From NCBI RefSeq assembly GCF_006345805.1, contig NC_042998.1, positions 1,612,001 to 1,676,000 on the forward strand: a stretch of DNA of 64,000 bases, read 5' to 3'. Shown here piece by piece: positions 25,700-37,400 of the stretch. The notes below the pieces were generated by a model. The model saw only the letters and a list, made by a program, of their open reading frames with translations. It was not told the origin of the DNA and ran no database searches. The DNA is from Octopus sinensis. Lineage: Eukaryota. The position numbers were made by a program, and so were the translations under genes. Positions within the stretch are counted from its first letter, which is position 1, and every line of letters begins with the position of its first letter.

Positions 25700-26085
25700 A
25701 GACGCAGGCGTAGCTATGTCGTAAGAAGCTTGCTTCCCAACCACATGGTTCCAGGTTCAGTCCCACTGCGTGGCACCTTAGGCAAGTGTCTTCTACTATA
25801 GCCTCGAGCCGTCCAAAGCCTTGTGAGTGGATCTGGTTGACAGAAACTGAAAGAAGTCCGTCGTGTGTGTGTGTGTGTGTGTGTGTGTGTCACTACCACT
25901 TGACAGCTAGTGTTGGTGTGACTGCGTTCCCGTAACATAGCGGCTGGGCAAAAGGAACCGATAGAATAAGTGCCAGGCCTAAAAAAGAAACTAAGAACTG
26001 GGGGCGATTCATTCAACAAAAAATTCTTCAAAGTGGTGCCCCAGTATGGCCGCAGTGTAATGATTGAAGCAAGTAAAAGATTAAC
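25700..26085 (+). mobile_element. CORE-type SINE, family A
   Basis: Collinear with 8823-9303. Confidence 0.85.
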
Positions 26086-27053
26086 GATAAAAGATTTAGG
26101 GAAAATGTTGGTGTCAGGAGTGGCGATAGTATATTTATGTTGGTCGATTATGTTTATAGTACGATAATGCTGTGAAAAAGTTATTGCTCTCAAAATTAAC
26201 GGGTCCCAAACTCTCTACTGAAAATGATCTTAAAATAATCGGCTTAATCGATTAATTGGTTCAGATAGTGTTATATTATCGTCTGCTTAATGTCATCAAG
26301 TGGTTATTGTTATCAAAACGTATTGGTCTCAAAGTGGACACGATGAGCTAATTCTGCTGTATTTTTTAAAATCTGTGACACATTTTAGAAACCTCTTGTG
26401 AAATATCGCTTCAGAAGGCATTCTTCAACGTTGATCACCAGGGAATCTGAAATTATGTAAATAGTTTAGGCCTTTCTGACTATTCCATTAACCGGTAAAG
26501 AAGTCGAAGACCGCAATAATAAACTTTTGGAACCAACAAAAATACACGTTGAAAAAAGGCGTAACATAAGGGGAACAACAAAAGCTAATGTTGGAGTCTA
26601 TGTCAATATCAAGGCCAGAGTTTAGTTGACTAGAAAAGCATTATTAGTATTAGTTTGGTATAAAACTTGGATTTATAGGATTTCCTAAAAACCATATTTC
26701 AAATTTCTCTAAATTTAGCCACTGCATCTGCCACTCTCAGACCTCTTCCATTCTCCATCCCATGTCTTGTGGAGAGGACATCAAATACGCTAGGCCCGTT
26801 GCCAGACTTTGGTGCCCGGAAGGTGTTTCAGAATATTCTAGGTGGGCACTAATGTGTAATAATGCCAAAATAGAGTTTCGAAATAAGTGTGTTACTGTAA
26901 ATATTAGAGTACACAATTGAATAGGGACGAGACAGTGCTGTCCAGTGCAACCCTTAGCGACGGGCATGAATCACGCGTTATACTTCCCTGAAAGTATGGG
27001 AACTTCGTCCTTACACTCCGACTTGAGCTTTTAAAACTCCGCACTCTACTCTT

Positions 27054-27150
<97 letters not shown>

Positions 27151-27714
27151 TCGTGTTGACGCATGATTTTAATGTCTACAACTCTTCTTGGCTTTCGTAC
27201 TCCTACTATTCTGATGTTACTGGTGTAAAAACCGAACACTTTTCATCTTCAACCCTCGGCATCAATTAATGTCATCAACCATATGTATCGCCGATCGACA
27301 GTATGTCTAAAGCACCTTTGATCTATTTCTCGCCTTCAAACCTAGCCTTTATCAAGCTACATCCTGTTGGATCATCCACCCACTATCAAACCACGTCTAC
27401 CCGCCATACATCTTCATACTTCGCAATACCAGTCATGTTTCCATACCACATATCACAATTCCTAATCTAGTTATACGTAACTGTGCTTCAGAAACACAGG
27501 CGACCTACAAACGTTGGAAACAGTCGCCATCTTAAGCAACCTCAACTCTTTCAAGCGAAATTACGCTTTGCTACAGCACTCAGCATCGTACATGCTCTCC
27601 AGTTTCCAAACTTTTCAACGATAATCTCTATCAAATTCTCAACATCTTCTTATCAACCATTCACTAATAGAATGAAAGTGATTAAACCGGGGGGGGGGGC
27701 TGAAAGAATTGTTA

Positions 27715-27890
27715 GTATGCCGGGTGAAATGTTTACCAGCATTTTGTCAGTCTTCAGATTTTGAGTTCGAATTCCGCCGAGGTAAACTTGGCCTTTCATC
27801 CTTTCGGAGTAGATAAAGTAAGTACCAGTTGAGCACTGAGGCTGATTTCATCGGCTTACGCCATTTTGTGCCAAAATTTGAAACCAATAT
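27715..27890 (+). mobile_element. SINE family B (diverged)
   Basis: gagttcgaattccgccgaggtaaacttggcctttcatcc. Confidence 0.8.
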
Positions 27891-28522
27891 GATGAGAGTG
27901 AGTAGCACTCTTACGAAGAAAGCTTTCAACTGTGTCGCCCACATTATATCCAACTCTACATTGCACACGTTCGGAAAGCCTCTACCAACATTTGTCTTCT
28001 CCACTCCAGTAGACACACCACCAAATATAGGCCAAGAGTGAAAACAGCTTTATCTGCTTCAAACCAGAAAGATCATAGATTCTGATCATGGCCCTTGCAT
28101 TACAGTCAGAACTGTGCACCCCAGCGATAGCACCTATCCTCACCCATCTTCCATCTCTCTTTCACTCTCTCCCTTAGTCTCTCTCTCTCTCCTTCTTTCT
28201 CGCCTATAATATAACCTAATCAGTGGAAGGAAACTCGTCAGGGTGTATCTAATTCCCAAGAAGGGAGAAATTCTAGCCCTGCCAACTATCAACTTCTCGC
28301 TTTCACTGCCAATATTTCAAAAGTAGTGGAAGCAGCTTATTAAGTTACCTTCAACACTTTGAATCTGTTCCCTCCTCAATGACCCCCAGTATTACTTCTG
28401 AAGGGCCAGACATACAAGGAAACTGCCCTCCTATTTCACTCAACAGTGGTTTCTCCTCCTTGAGATATTTGGTCGAAAAATTTCGTTGCACTTTATATCG
28501 TTAAAGCATATGATCTTGTCTA

Positions 28523-28636
28523 CAGTACTATATTTAAGAGATGAGGAATTATGTACATTATTTACATTCGACGGATATTCCCGCTCTTAACTCCAAGATT
28601 CCGAGTTCGATTCCAAGCAGTGAGCTGAACACTAAC

Positions 28637-28689
<53 letters not shown>

Positions 28690-28972
28690 GAGAAGAAGAA
28701 GAAGAGAAGAAGAAGAAGAAGAAGAGAAGAAGAAGAAAGAAGAAGAAGAAGAAGAAGAAGAGAAGAAGAAGAAAAGAAGAAGAAGAAGAAGAAGAAGAAG
28801 AACAACAACAACAACAACAACAACAACATCGAAAAATACCTTAGAAATGAGAACCCAGGTTCGAAATTTCCCCAGACACCTGAAGAAGGCTGGAGGGTAT
28901 ATCAGCCGAAACGTTGTGTTAACAACAAGTAAGATGAGGACAAATATCTGTCGAATGTAAATAATGTAAATA
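28523..28972 (+). mobile_element. 450-bp non-coding insertion with a 13-bp TSD and a minimal hammerhead ribozyme motif
   Basis: TSD atgatcttgtcta at 28510-28522 and 28973-28985; hammerhead-like motif at 28875-28920; 26-bp subterminal inverted repeat (28554-28579 / 28943-28968). Confidence 0.8.
28875..28920 (+). ncRNA. Minimal type I hammerhead ribozyme motif
   Basis: gacac-CTGAAGA-a-ggctg(gagggtatat)cagcc-GAAAC-GTT-gtgtt: helix I gacac/gtgtt, helix II ggctg/cagcc, loopless palindromic ACGT helix III. Activity not shown. Confidence 0.65.
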
Positions 28973-29159
28973 ATGATCTTGTCTAGCATGAAAATCTCCC
29001 GATTCAACTGCCTCTCGTCTTTTAGACAGTAATCTTCTGTAAAGCCAGAGTAACCAGCTCTGCATATGTGGCTCTACATAACCCGCATAACCCACGGACT
29101 CCAAAGTACGTTTATGTCTCGTATATTAACGACCTACTCGCAGTCACACATAATACTAA

Positions 29160-29580
29160 TTTCAATTTTTGACACAAAGCCTGCAAGTTCGTGGGGAGGG
29201 GCTAGTCGATTACACGGAGCCCAGTACTCAACTGATACTTATTCTATCAGCCCCGAGAGGATGAAAGTCAAAGTCAACTTCGGTGGAATTTGAACTCAGA
29301 ACGTAAAGACTGACAAAATGCCGCCAAGCATTTTTTCCCGGCGTGCAAACGATTCTGCCGCCTGAAGTCAAACATGATATTAATAACTCTTTAAGGCGGT
29401 TGAACTGTTAGCAGAGTCGGGTGAAATGCTTAGCAGTATTTCGTCCGTCTTCACGCTCTGAGTTCAACTTGCGCCAAGGTCGACTTTGCCTTTCATTCTT
29501 TCAGGGCCGATAAAGTAAATACCAGTTGAGCATAGGAGTCATCGCAATTCACTTACATCTTCCCCAAAATTTGAAATCAA
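29160..29580. mobile_element. Two family-B SINEs head-to-head (29160-29362 minus, 29394-29580 plus)
   Basis: Both match the family B consensus in opposite orientations, with an approximately 30-nt spacer. Confidence 0.8.
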
Positions 29581-29809
29581 TATTACTAACTCTTAATTCG
29601 ACGATACCACTCTTTTCTAATCTTCTGTTTGCAAAGGTCATCCACGCACCATCGCCACACTTCAATACTTCATTTCAAATGTGCTCTGCTTCTGTAAACA
29701 TATCCGCCTTTAGTCTCTTTGAACAACTCAAAGACACAACCAATGTATTTGTCAAGGAAACAACATTCAACAATAATACATTTGAAACTTTCAAAATTGC
29801 AACAACTGC

Positions 29810-30110
29810 ATCATCATCATCATCATCATCAGCATCATCATCATCATCATTTAACGTCTGTTTTCCGTGCTGGCATGGGTTGGAATGTTTGACTGGAGCT
29901 GGCCAGCCAGAGAGATGCACTATACTCCAATTGTCTGTTTTGGCGCTGTTTCTACGGCCGGATGCCCTTTCTAATCTAACGCCAACCACTTTACAGAGAT
30001 TATTGCGTGCATTTTACGTAGCAACGGCACGCATGCTTTATACGTGGCACAAGCATGTGTGCTTTACACATAGTACCGGCACTGGTACATTCTACGTGGC
30101 ACCAGTACGT
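29810..30110 (-). mobile_element. SINE-like repeat with an RTE-type tail (second copy)
   Basis: catcatcatttaacgtctgttttccgtgctggcatggg, as at 20330. Confidence 0.6.
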
Positions 30111-30834
30111 TTCACAATCACCCGGTGACCTCTCACTCATAACATAGCAAACAATTTATCTTAAAGATTAGATTCTCGCTTCAAGGTCAGTAAATACCGC
30201 GGTGCCGAAGATCACAACTTCATTATAAGAGTAGTGGTCCTACATCAGGCACTACGCTTCTTCTACATACATACAAACGTCTTTGACTGAATCCAGAAGA
30301 AAGCCGTCCAGTTAACACAACAATGCCTCCTCCTCACTCGCCTCTTCCACCTTATTATCCTATCCTCTGCCCCTCATAGGTAGCAAACTGAATATCATCA
30401 AGCATTCCCGACAAACCATCTTTCTTCATTTCATCCCTCGTTCTGAGTCTCCATTCCCACCATCACACCACCCACCACCCACCACCTCTAAGTACTATAT
30501 TTAATTCTTCCTCCCCAGAAGGTCAATCCTCAGAAAGTCCCTTTGTGTCGTGTTATACTTTTCTTCAGACGTCGACTTACAGCTGGCTCAACTATCCCAA
30601 CAGCACGTCGACCAACATAAATCTCACCCGTCTTAGAAACCTGTGAAGGGTCACGGGCAAAGCCCCACGCTTTATCGAATACTCTGTGGATTCTTATTCC
30701 GTGATGTACATTCTGATACAGCTACAATCAAATTTCATTCTTAATTTTATCGACTTCATGCTTTTTTCTTCACATCATTATCGTCGTCATGGTGTAAAAC
30801 AGTTACGGAACAAATCTTAAACTAAAGGCTTATT

Positions 30835-31170
30835 TTGCGGGCTTACAAACATGAGGTAATGAGTTCAATTCTCAGACCGAGCTGTGTTGTGTTCTTGAGC
30901 AAGACACTCTATTTCATATTGCTCCAGTTTACTCAGTTGTAGAAATGAGTTGCAGCGTCACTGATACCAAGCTGTATTGGCCCCTTTGTCCTTTCCCTTG
31001 GGTAACATCGATGACGTGGAGAAGGGAGGCTGGTATGCGTGGGTGACTGCTGGTCTTCCATAAACAACTTTGCTCGGACTTTGCCTCGGACTTGTGCCTC
31101 GGGGGGGGGACATTCTAGGTGCCATCTCATGGTCATTCATGACCCAAAGGTGTCTTTACCGTTTACCTTT
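30835..31170 (+). mobile_element. CORE-type SINE with a family D-like core and a different 3' module
   Basis: gagttcaattc B-box, tgtgttcttgagcaagacact core, (TTTACC)-like tail. Confidence 0.7.
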
Positions 31171-31288
31171 CTTTAATGAGCATTCCAATGAGATACCTTT
31201 GTACAGGTCATTTGATTACATTCGTGAGTGAAGAGTGGAGTAAATACAGAAATGTTAAATGATACAAAGAGACGGATTCCAATCTTAC

Positions 31289-31413
31289 CTTTGCTAAGTC
31301 TTCATGGAAACTCCCAAGTGTCTTTCGTCCCAATAACGTATAAGCTGGTGCCTGTAACTTTCCACCTTGAATGGTCCTCCCGAGTAATGCTGGCAGAGAA
31401 TAACTGTTAGGGG
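31289..31413 (-). CDS. ODF3: ODF3-like protein, internal exon ((A)PNSYSLPALLGRTIQGGKLQAPAYTLLGRKTLGSFHEDLAK)
   Basis: Acceptor catttctccag|CC and donor AAG|gtaaga; 125 nt, phase 1 in and phase 0 out, matching the upstream exon; PAY.L.GR and GSF.EDL.K are ODF3-family motifs. Confidence 0.9.
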
Positions 31414-31529
31414 CTGGAGAAATGAATTAAAGAAAAAATGTATTCGCTAAATATTGAAAGAGATTTGTTTTCATAAGAAGATAAGAAAAATGTTTCAAGT
31501 AAACTTTTTTATCGAAAGCAATATCTTTA

Positions 31530-31955
31530 TATGGCGCAGGCGTGGCTGTGTGGTAAGAAGCTTGTTTCCCAATCACATGGTTCCGGGTTCAGTTCCACAG
31601 CGTGACACCTTGGGCAAGTCTCTTCTACTATAGCCTCGAGCCGGTCAAAGCCTTGTGAGTGGATTTGGTCGGCGGAAACTGAAAGAAGCCCTTCGTATAT
31701 GTATATATATATATATATATATATTTATATGTGTGGGTGCGTCTGTGTTTGTCCCCTACCTCGCCATCGTTTGACAACCGATGCTGGTGTGTTTATGTCC
31801 CCCGTAACTTAGCGGTTCGGCAAAGAGGCCGATAGAATAAGTACTAGGCCTACAAAGAATAAGTTCTGGGGTCGATTTCTTCGACTAAAATTCTTTAAGG
31901 CGGTGCTCCAGCATGGCCGCAGTCAAAGGACTGAAACAAGTAAAAGAATAAAAGA
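31530..31955 (+). mobile_element. CORE-type SINE, family A, full length
   Basis: Collinear with 8823-9303. Confidence 0.9.
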
Positions 31956-33149
31956 ATATATTATCATTCTGTATTTATAGCATTGAACATGAGCTCATAT
32001 AAGCAAATTGTTTTTATTTAGACTCGTAAATCGTGCTGGACTTAATAACATCGTCGGCCTCTCCACTGATAGCAATATATATTCCGTTCATCACCGCAAA
32101 TCAACGTTTACTCTTCAATAGAACGAGTATGTTTCTAGTGAAACACGAAATGTTCTTAACGTTTGATATAACTTTATTGGAGGATTTCACAAGTGTGTGA
32201 CACAAAGTTCTGATGGGTTTGATTGGTCTAACCAATGTTCTTTATTACTTCCAACACGACATACTCATTTCCAGGGCGTAATAGAGCAGATCAACGCATC
32301 CAGTAAACCGAGTTCGTCTCTCGCTTTCGATTCGTATTCAAACTTATTTCGTTGTTAATATTCTTGCAAAAATAATATTTAAGACAAAAAATAAGAACGT
32401 AATATTTGAACAATCCCGCTCCCTGATAAATTTAACAAGTTTTATTTGTATAGAAAAATTATTCTTCAGTTCTTGAGAAAAGTAGAAACAACATACACCA
32501 TACTCTCGTCAAGCATCTAATTCGAATTGGATTGTTTATATGAGAGCATGATTCTTCTGCTTCATATACTATCACGTTCCTTGTGTCAACTAACTTTCCT
32601 TAAATTTATCAGTCACAATGAGTTTCGGAAACTACTATATAACTGATATCCTTCTAGCCTACAACATACTGAAATATAAAATAATAAAGATGAGTCTTTT
32701 TACAAGTTTATAAGCAATATTTTACATCCAGGTAAAATAACATTAAGAAGGTAGAGTCTCTATATAGATAAGATACCAGTTACAGAAATATCAAGCGCAA
32801 CTGTGAATACTATACATGAGTTGATATTCCGGTATCTTATTCACATGGCCATTGGACCCAACGATAAAAATTAAATGTACATACATGCAACAAAATGTGT
32901 AATATATTACGACAAACTCTGACAAACTGAGACTAGCAAATTCTTATTCTGTATTCAAGCGTTTCTTTCTAAAACTAAACAACTAAAATAAAGGACTAGA
33001 AGAATAAAGGACTAAGAAAAAATGTACATAGAATTCTTGCGCCTAAACGTACCCATACCCAATACAGGATACTTTTTTTTTATCACGAATACAATCATGC
33101 CTTATTTTATTAACCATTCTAAGGATGATAGTGCATATCACTTTAACGA

Positions 33150-33480
33150 AACTTCTCTGTAGAGCTATGAAAGAAAATAAGAATATTTCGGACCACCGAA
33201 TACTCGTTTTTGTGCAGTACAGAATTCAAGCCAGTCTGGCTAAAGTGACCTTTTCCAGGATATTAATTACGTTTGAAAATCGTGGGTATGAGGATTATAG
33301 AAAGATAAATATCTCAAGAAAAGAATCGCAAGACGGATTCTTCAAGCTGAGCAGAGCGGAAGAGACGTAAGGGTAGACGAAGAATAAGATGGTTGAGAGT
33401 ATCCATAGTCTCAACTCGTCGCGCTTGGGAATCCAGTCGGAAAGGGAAAAGGAGCTTGCTTCTCATACAACTTTATGAAG
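33150..33480 (+). mobile_element. Decayed RTE LINE 3' fragment
   Basis: RIQASLAKVTF and KRRKGRRRIRWL resemble the RTE C-terminal RI..AK.AF and KR.RGRPR..W motifs. Confidence 0.55.
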
Positions 33481-34002
33481 GATGAATGAGGTGCCTGAGA
33501 ACTGTACCCCCAACAACCCTCCCAGGAATAGTGGGTGAGGAAGATCGATGGATGGATGGATTGATTGATGGATAGAAAAGGCTCAACTGGAAATGGAATT
33601 TGTATGGCACATTTTCATATATATACATATATTTTGATATACATGTGCAGTGCGTGAATATATATATCGATATTGATATTGATATTAATATCTATAAAAG
33701 TATCTGTGTGTCTAAATGCTACAAGATTTCGTAACATTACGTAAATTATGTTCGTAGCATTATTGTAGATAAATTTAAACATTTCTATAACCTATTGCTT
33801 TCAACTAAGAACCATCTTCATTTAAAAGCTATTAAAATGCAAGTATGCACAAATGCGCTAAGAAATATATACCTATCAAAATATATATCAGCATCATATT
33901 GTGTATATTTTTTCCCTTGTACTTTTCATTGAGTTAAATATACCTCAAGAAGACGTCAGGTGTTTTTGAATCTGTTCTGACAATTTAAGACACTTCGGTT
34001 AC

Positions 34003-34414
34003 CTGGAGTAGTGTCTGTACGACGACCTTCGTGGCGCTGTCCAAAACTATAAGTGGGAGCTGATTCAAAGACTGATTTCGCAGATGGAGAAATAGAGTAG
34101 GAACCGGGGCCCGGTGTATGAATCGTAGGACGCTGTTTAGGCCGACCATAGAGAGAGTACTGAGGTGTGCCATCTTTGCCGTCCCGAAAAACTTGTAAGT
34201 GAGAGAAATTGTACTTAGGTCCGGGACTACAACCGCTCTTCCGGGATTCTTGCTTCAGGCCAAATACGTAGCTCGGTGCCTTTTGGTACGTACTCCGAGT
34301 GTCGTGCCCTTCATGACCGATCAAATTAGGTAGCTGGTAGCAGGGCCCAGGACTGCTGTACATTGCTGCTATGGGACCACGTGGCTTTGTTGGCTTAAAA
34401 GTCATTTTCCAGGT
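34003..34414 (-). CDS. ODF3: ODF3/SHIPPO1-like (CIMAP1 family) PGP-repeat protein, main 5' coding exon
   Basis: MTFKPTKPRGPIAAMYSSPGPCYQLP...SPGPKY...TPGPGSY...TTP with repeated PGP.Y and AP.YSF motifs; acceptor ctcatttcattag|ACC at 34414, ATG at 34405, donor CCAG|gtaacc at 34003 (phase 1). Confidence 0.92.
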
Positions 34415-34605
34415 CTAATGAAATGAGAAATCAAAATGTTAGACTCAAAATACAGACAATGAAATCAAAACAGTTCACACTTAATAAAGATCGATAAGTA
34501 GATGAAGTCATAAGATATTTGAGAGAAACATGTGAAATAATTATGGTCTGAGTTGACTTATTAACTGATTAGTATGCAAACAATTTTCCGAATTGGTACA
34601 CTTAC

Positions 34606-34660
34606 CATATTATCAACTGTAATACTATATAGATTGCTGCTTGAGTGTTTTGTTCTTTCT
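34606..34660 (-). other. ODF3: Putative upstream exon of the ODF3-like gene ending in ATG
   Basis: gataatATG|gtaagt donor at 34606/34605; splicing across a 191-nt intron gives in-frame M-T-W-K-M-T-F. The 5' boundary is unknown. Confidence 0.5.
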
Positions 34661-35399
34661 TTTTTTTTTTTTTGCTTTTATTTTAGTTTATTTTGTTTGT
34701 TAATTTTAAAGAGTTATGATTAGATATCTAAGGATTCCGTTTCGTTCTGAAAAATGTTACATGGAATTATGCCAGAAATGTTCCATCATCAACAATCGGG
34801 TATCACACAATTAATGTCGCTCAACAGTTCATTTACCAGGGTACATTATAAATCTTACTTCTAGATCGTATTAGCCTTCACTTCAGAAAGAGATGAATAA
34901 GTTGTGGTTACAGAAATGAGCTAACACTTATGACAGAGTACGAACTTATACTCCAAGACGTAAATTTTTTTGGCAACTAGATGTCGGTGACGGAATAAAT
35001 TAAAAGTTTATAGACATGCATTGATACACATACACATACACATACTGGGAACTGCAATATTTACAAAAAACACCACTGAAGACGTCGTTTTCAAAAAAGA
35101 TACACCGATGTGTTTTCTTGTTTTTATGCCTCATTCTTCGGTCACACAGGAAGGTATATATCTGGTGGCATTCCTAGATTATAAAGTGTGTCTACAGCTT
35201 GGAACTGTAAAATATACTTCCTGTAAATTGTTTACATACTGCTAGGTGAACTGCATCTTTGAAATCTAAATAAATACCTTTGCTGGAACAATGGTACTTA
35301 GAAGAAACTAAAAGCCAGATCTTTCAGTCGATTTAGCAGAAATTATCGACTTAACGTGGTGAGATTTTTAAATATTGCATACAAAACAGACATACTTTT

Positions 35400-35690
35400 T
35401 GGTTTTGTTTCCCATAACGTCACGTGTCACGCGGAATTAGCGTTCATCAGAGACCATGAACAACGAAGAAAGTTTTAGAAAATAACGGAATCCGTGTTGG
35501 CGTTCAGTGCCGCGAGATGGCAGGAGATGTGAATTTCCGGTTAGTTTAGTCAAAGACGTCTATTCATTTGCATCTGAAATCGACTGAGCTCTATTTTGTC
35601 GTTGTAATTCGATAGCTAGAATTTTCTCTCGAGTCAGTTGTTGGAATATTGTTTTCCGTTCTTTGGGACGAGGTATAAGAATGTGCACAC
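35400..35690. promoter_or_regulatory. Possible promoter region (CpG-containing, non-repeat)
   Basis: ACGTCA/CACGTG overlap at 35417-35426, TTCCGG at 35535-35540, GACGTC at 35555-35560; 0.8-1 kb upstream of the ODF3-like 5' exon. Motif-only evidence. Confidence 0.25.
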
Positions 35691-35743
35691 GCCTATCTAT
35701 CTATCTATCTACCTACCTACCTATCTATCTATCTATCTATCTC

Positions 35744-35798
<55 letters not shown>

Positions 35799-35984
35799 CT
35801 CTCTCTATCTCTCTATCTATCTATCTATCTATCTATACATACATACATACATACATACATACATACATACATACATACATACATAAACACACACACATAT
35901 GTATATGTGTGTGTACGTGTTTGTATGTATGAATGCCTATGTATGTATACTATATATATATATATATAAATATATTATTTCCTC

Positions 35985-36205
35985 ACTGCCCACAGGGTCT
36001 ACACATAGAGAGGACAAACAAGGAAAAACAAACGGATTAAGTCGATTATATCGACCCCAGTGCATAACTGGTACTTAATTTATCGACCCCGAAAGGAGGA
36101 AGGGCAAAGTCGACCTCGGCGGAATTTGAACTCAGAACGTAACGGCAGACGAAATACGGCTAAGCATTTCGCCCGGCGTGCTAACGTTTCCGCCAGCTCG
36201 CCTTA
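35985..36205 (-). mobile_element. SINE family B
   Basis: Consensus match including the head ggcgagctggcggaaacgttagcacgccgggcg. Confidence 0.85.
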
Positions 36206-36359
36206 TATATACATATATACACACGCACACACATACACATACATATATATATAGAGGGAGAGACAGACATACATACACACATGACTGTATGTGCATGGAC
36301 GGACATATACACGTGTGTGTGTGTATGAGAGAGAGAAAGAGACAGTCAGACAGTCGATG

Positions 36360-37075
36360 TGTGTATGTGTGGGTGTGTATGTGTGTATGTATGTATGTAT
36401 GTACGTATGTATGTATGTAGTATGTATGTATGTATGTATGTATGTATGTATATATTATGTACGTATGTATGTATGTATGTATGTATGTATGTATGTATGT
36501 ATATATGTATTATGTACGTATGTACGTATGTATGTATTATGTATGTATGTATTATGTACGTATGTATGTATGTATGTATGTATATATGTATTATGTACGT
36601 ATGTATGTATGTATGCATGTATGTATGCATGTATGTATTAATGTATGTATGTATGTATGTATATATGTATGTATATATGTATTATGTACGTATGTGCGTA
36701 TGTATGTATTATGTATGTATTATGTACGTATGTATGTATGTATATATGTATTATGTACGTATGTATGTATGTATGCATGTATGTATGCATGTATGTATGT
36801 ATGTATGTATGTATGTATGTATGTACGTATGTATGTATGTAGTATGTATGTATGTATGTATGTATGTATGTATATATTATGTACGTATGTATGTACGTAT
36901 GTACGTATGTATGTATTATGTATGTATGTATGTACGTATGTATGTATGTATGTATGTATGTATGTATATATGTATTATGTACGTATGTATGTATGTATGT
37001 ATGTATATATGTATTATGTACGTATGTACGTATGTATGTATGTATGTATGTATGTATTATGTACGTATGTATGTG
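36360..37075. repeat. (GTAT)n variant microsatellite array
   Basis: Directly visible; source of the MYVC ORFs. Confidence 0.95.
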
Positions 37076-37079
37076 TGTG

Positions 37080-37400
37080 AAGGTGCGTGGCTTAGTGGTT
37101 AGGGCATTCGGCTCACGACTGTAGGGTCGTGAGTTCTATTCCCAGCGACGCGCTGTGTCCTTGAGCAAGACACTTTATTTCACGTTGCTCCAGTCCACTC
37201 AGCTGGCAAAAATGAGTAGTACCTGTATTTCAAAGGGCTGGCCTTGTCACACTCTGTGTCCCGCTGAATCTCCCTGAGAACTACGTTAGGGGTACACGTG
37301 TCTGTGGATTGCTCGGTCACTTGCACGTTAATTGCACGAGCAAGCTGTTCCGTTGATCGCATCAGCTGGGACCCTCGTCACCGTAACCGACGGAGTGTTC
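37080..37400 (+). mobile_element. CORE-type SINE, family D, full length
   Basis: A-box gtggcttagtggttagg, B-box gagttctattccc, CORE-like tgtgtccttgagcaagacactt. Confidence 0.85.

Larger units (their letters stand above)
27148..30720 (+). mobile_element. Ancient fragmented APE-RT LINE fossil, antisense in the ODF3-like intron
   Basis: Collinear degenerate motifs: endonuclease HDFNVY..SW, FDLFL, PVGSSTH (27150-27390); RT VYLIPKKG/PANYQ..NISKVVE (28240-28330), FVALYIVKAYDLV (about 28480-28520), YINDLL (about 29125), DDTTLF (about 29600), FD*IQKKAVQL (about 30290). Interrupted by younger inserts. Confidence 0.7.

Noticed and set aside
26737-26967. Minus-strand ORF considered as the missing ODF3 exon (ETPSGH)
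   Set aside because: No PGP motif, no family similarity and no suitable splice sites.
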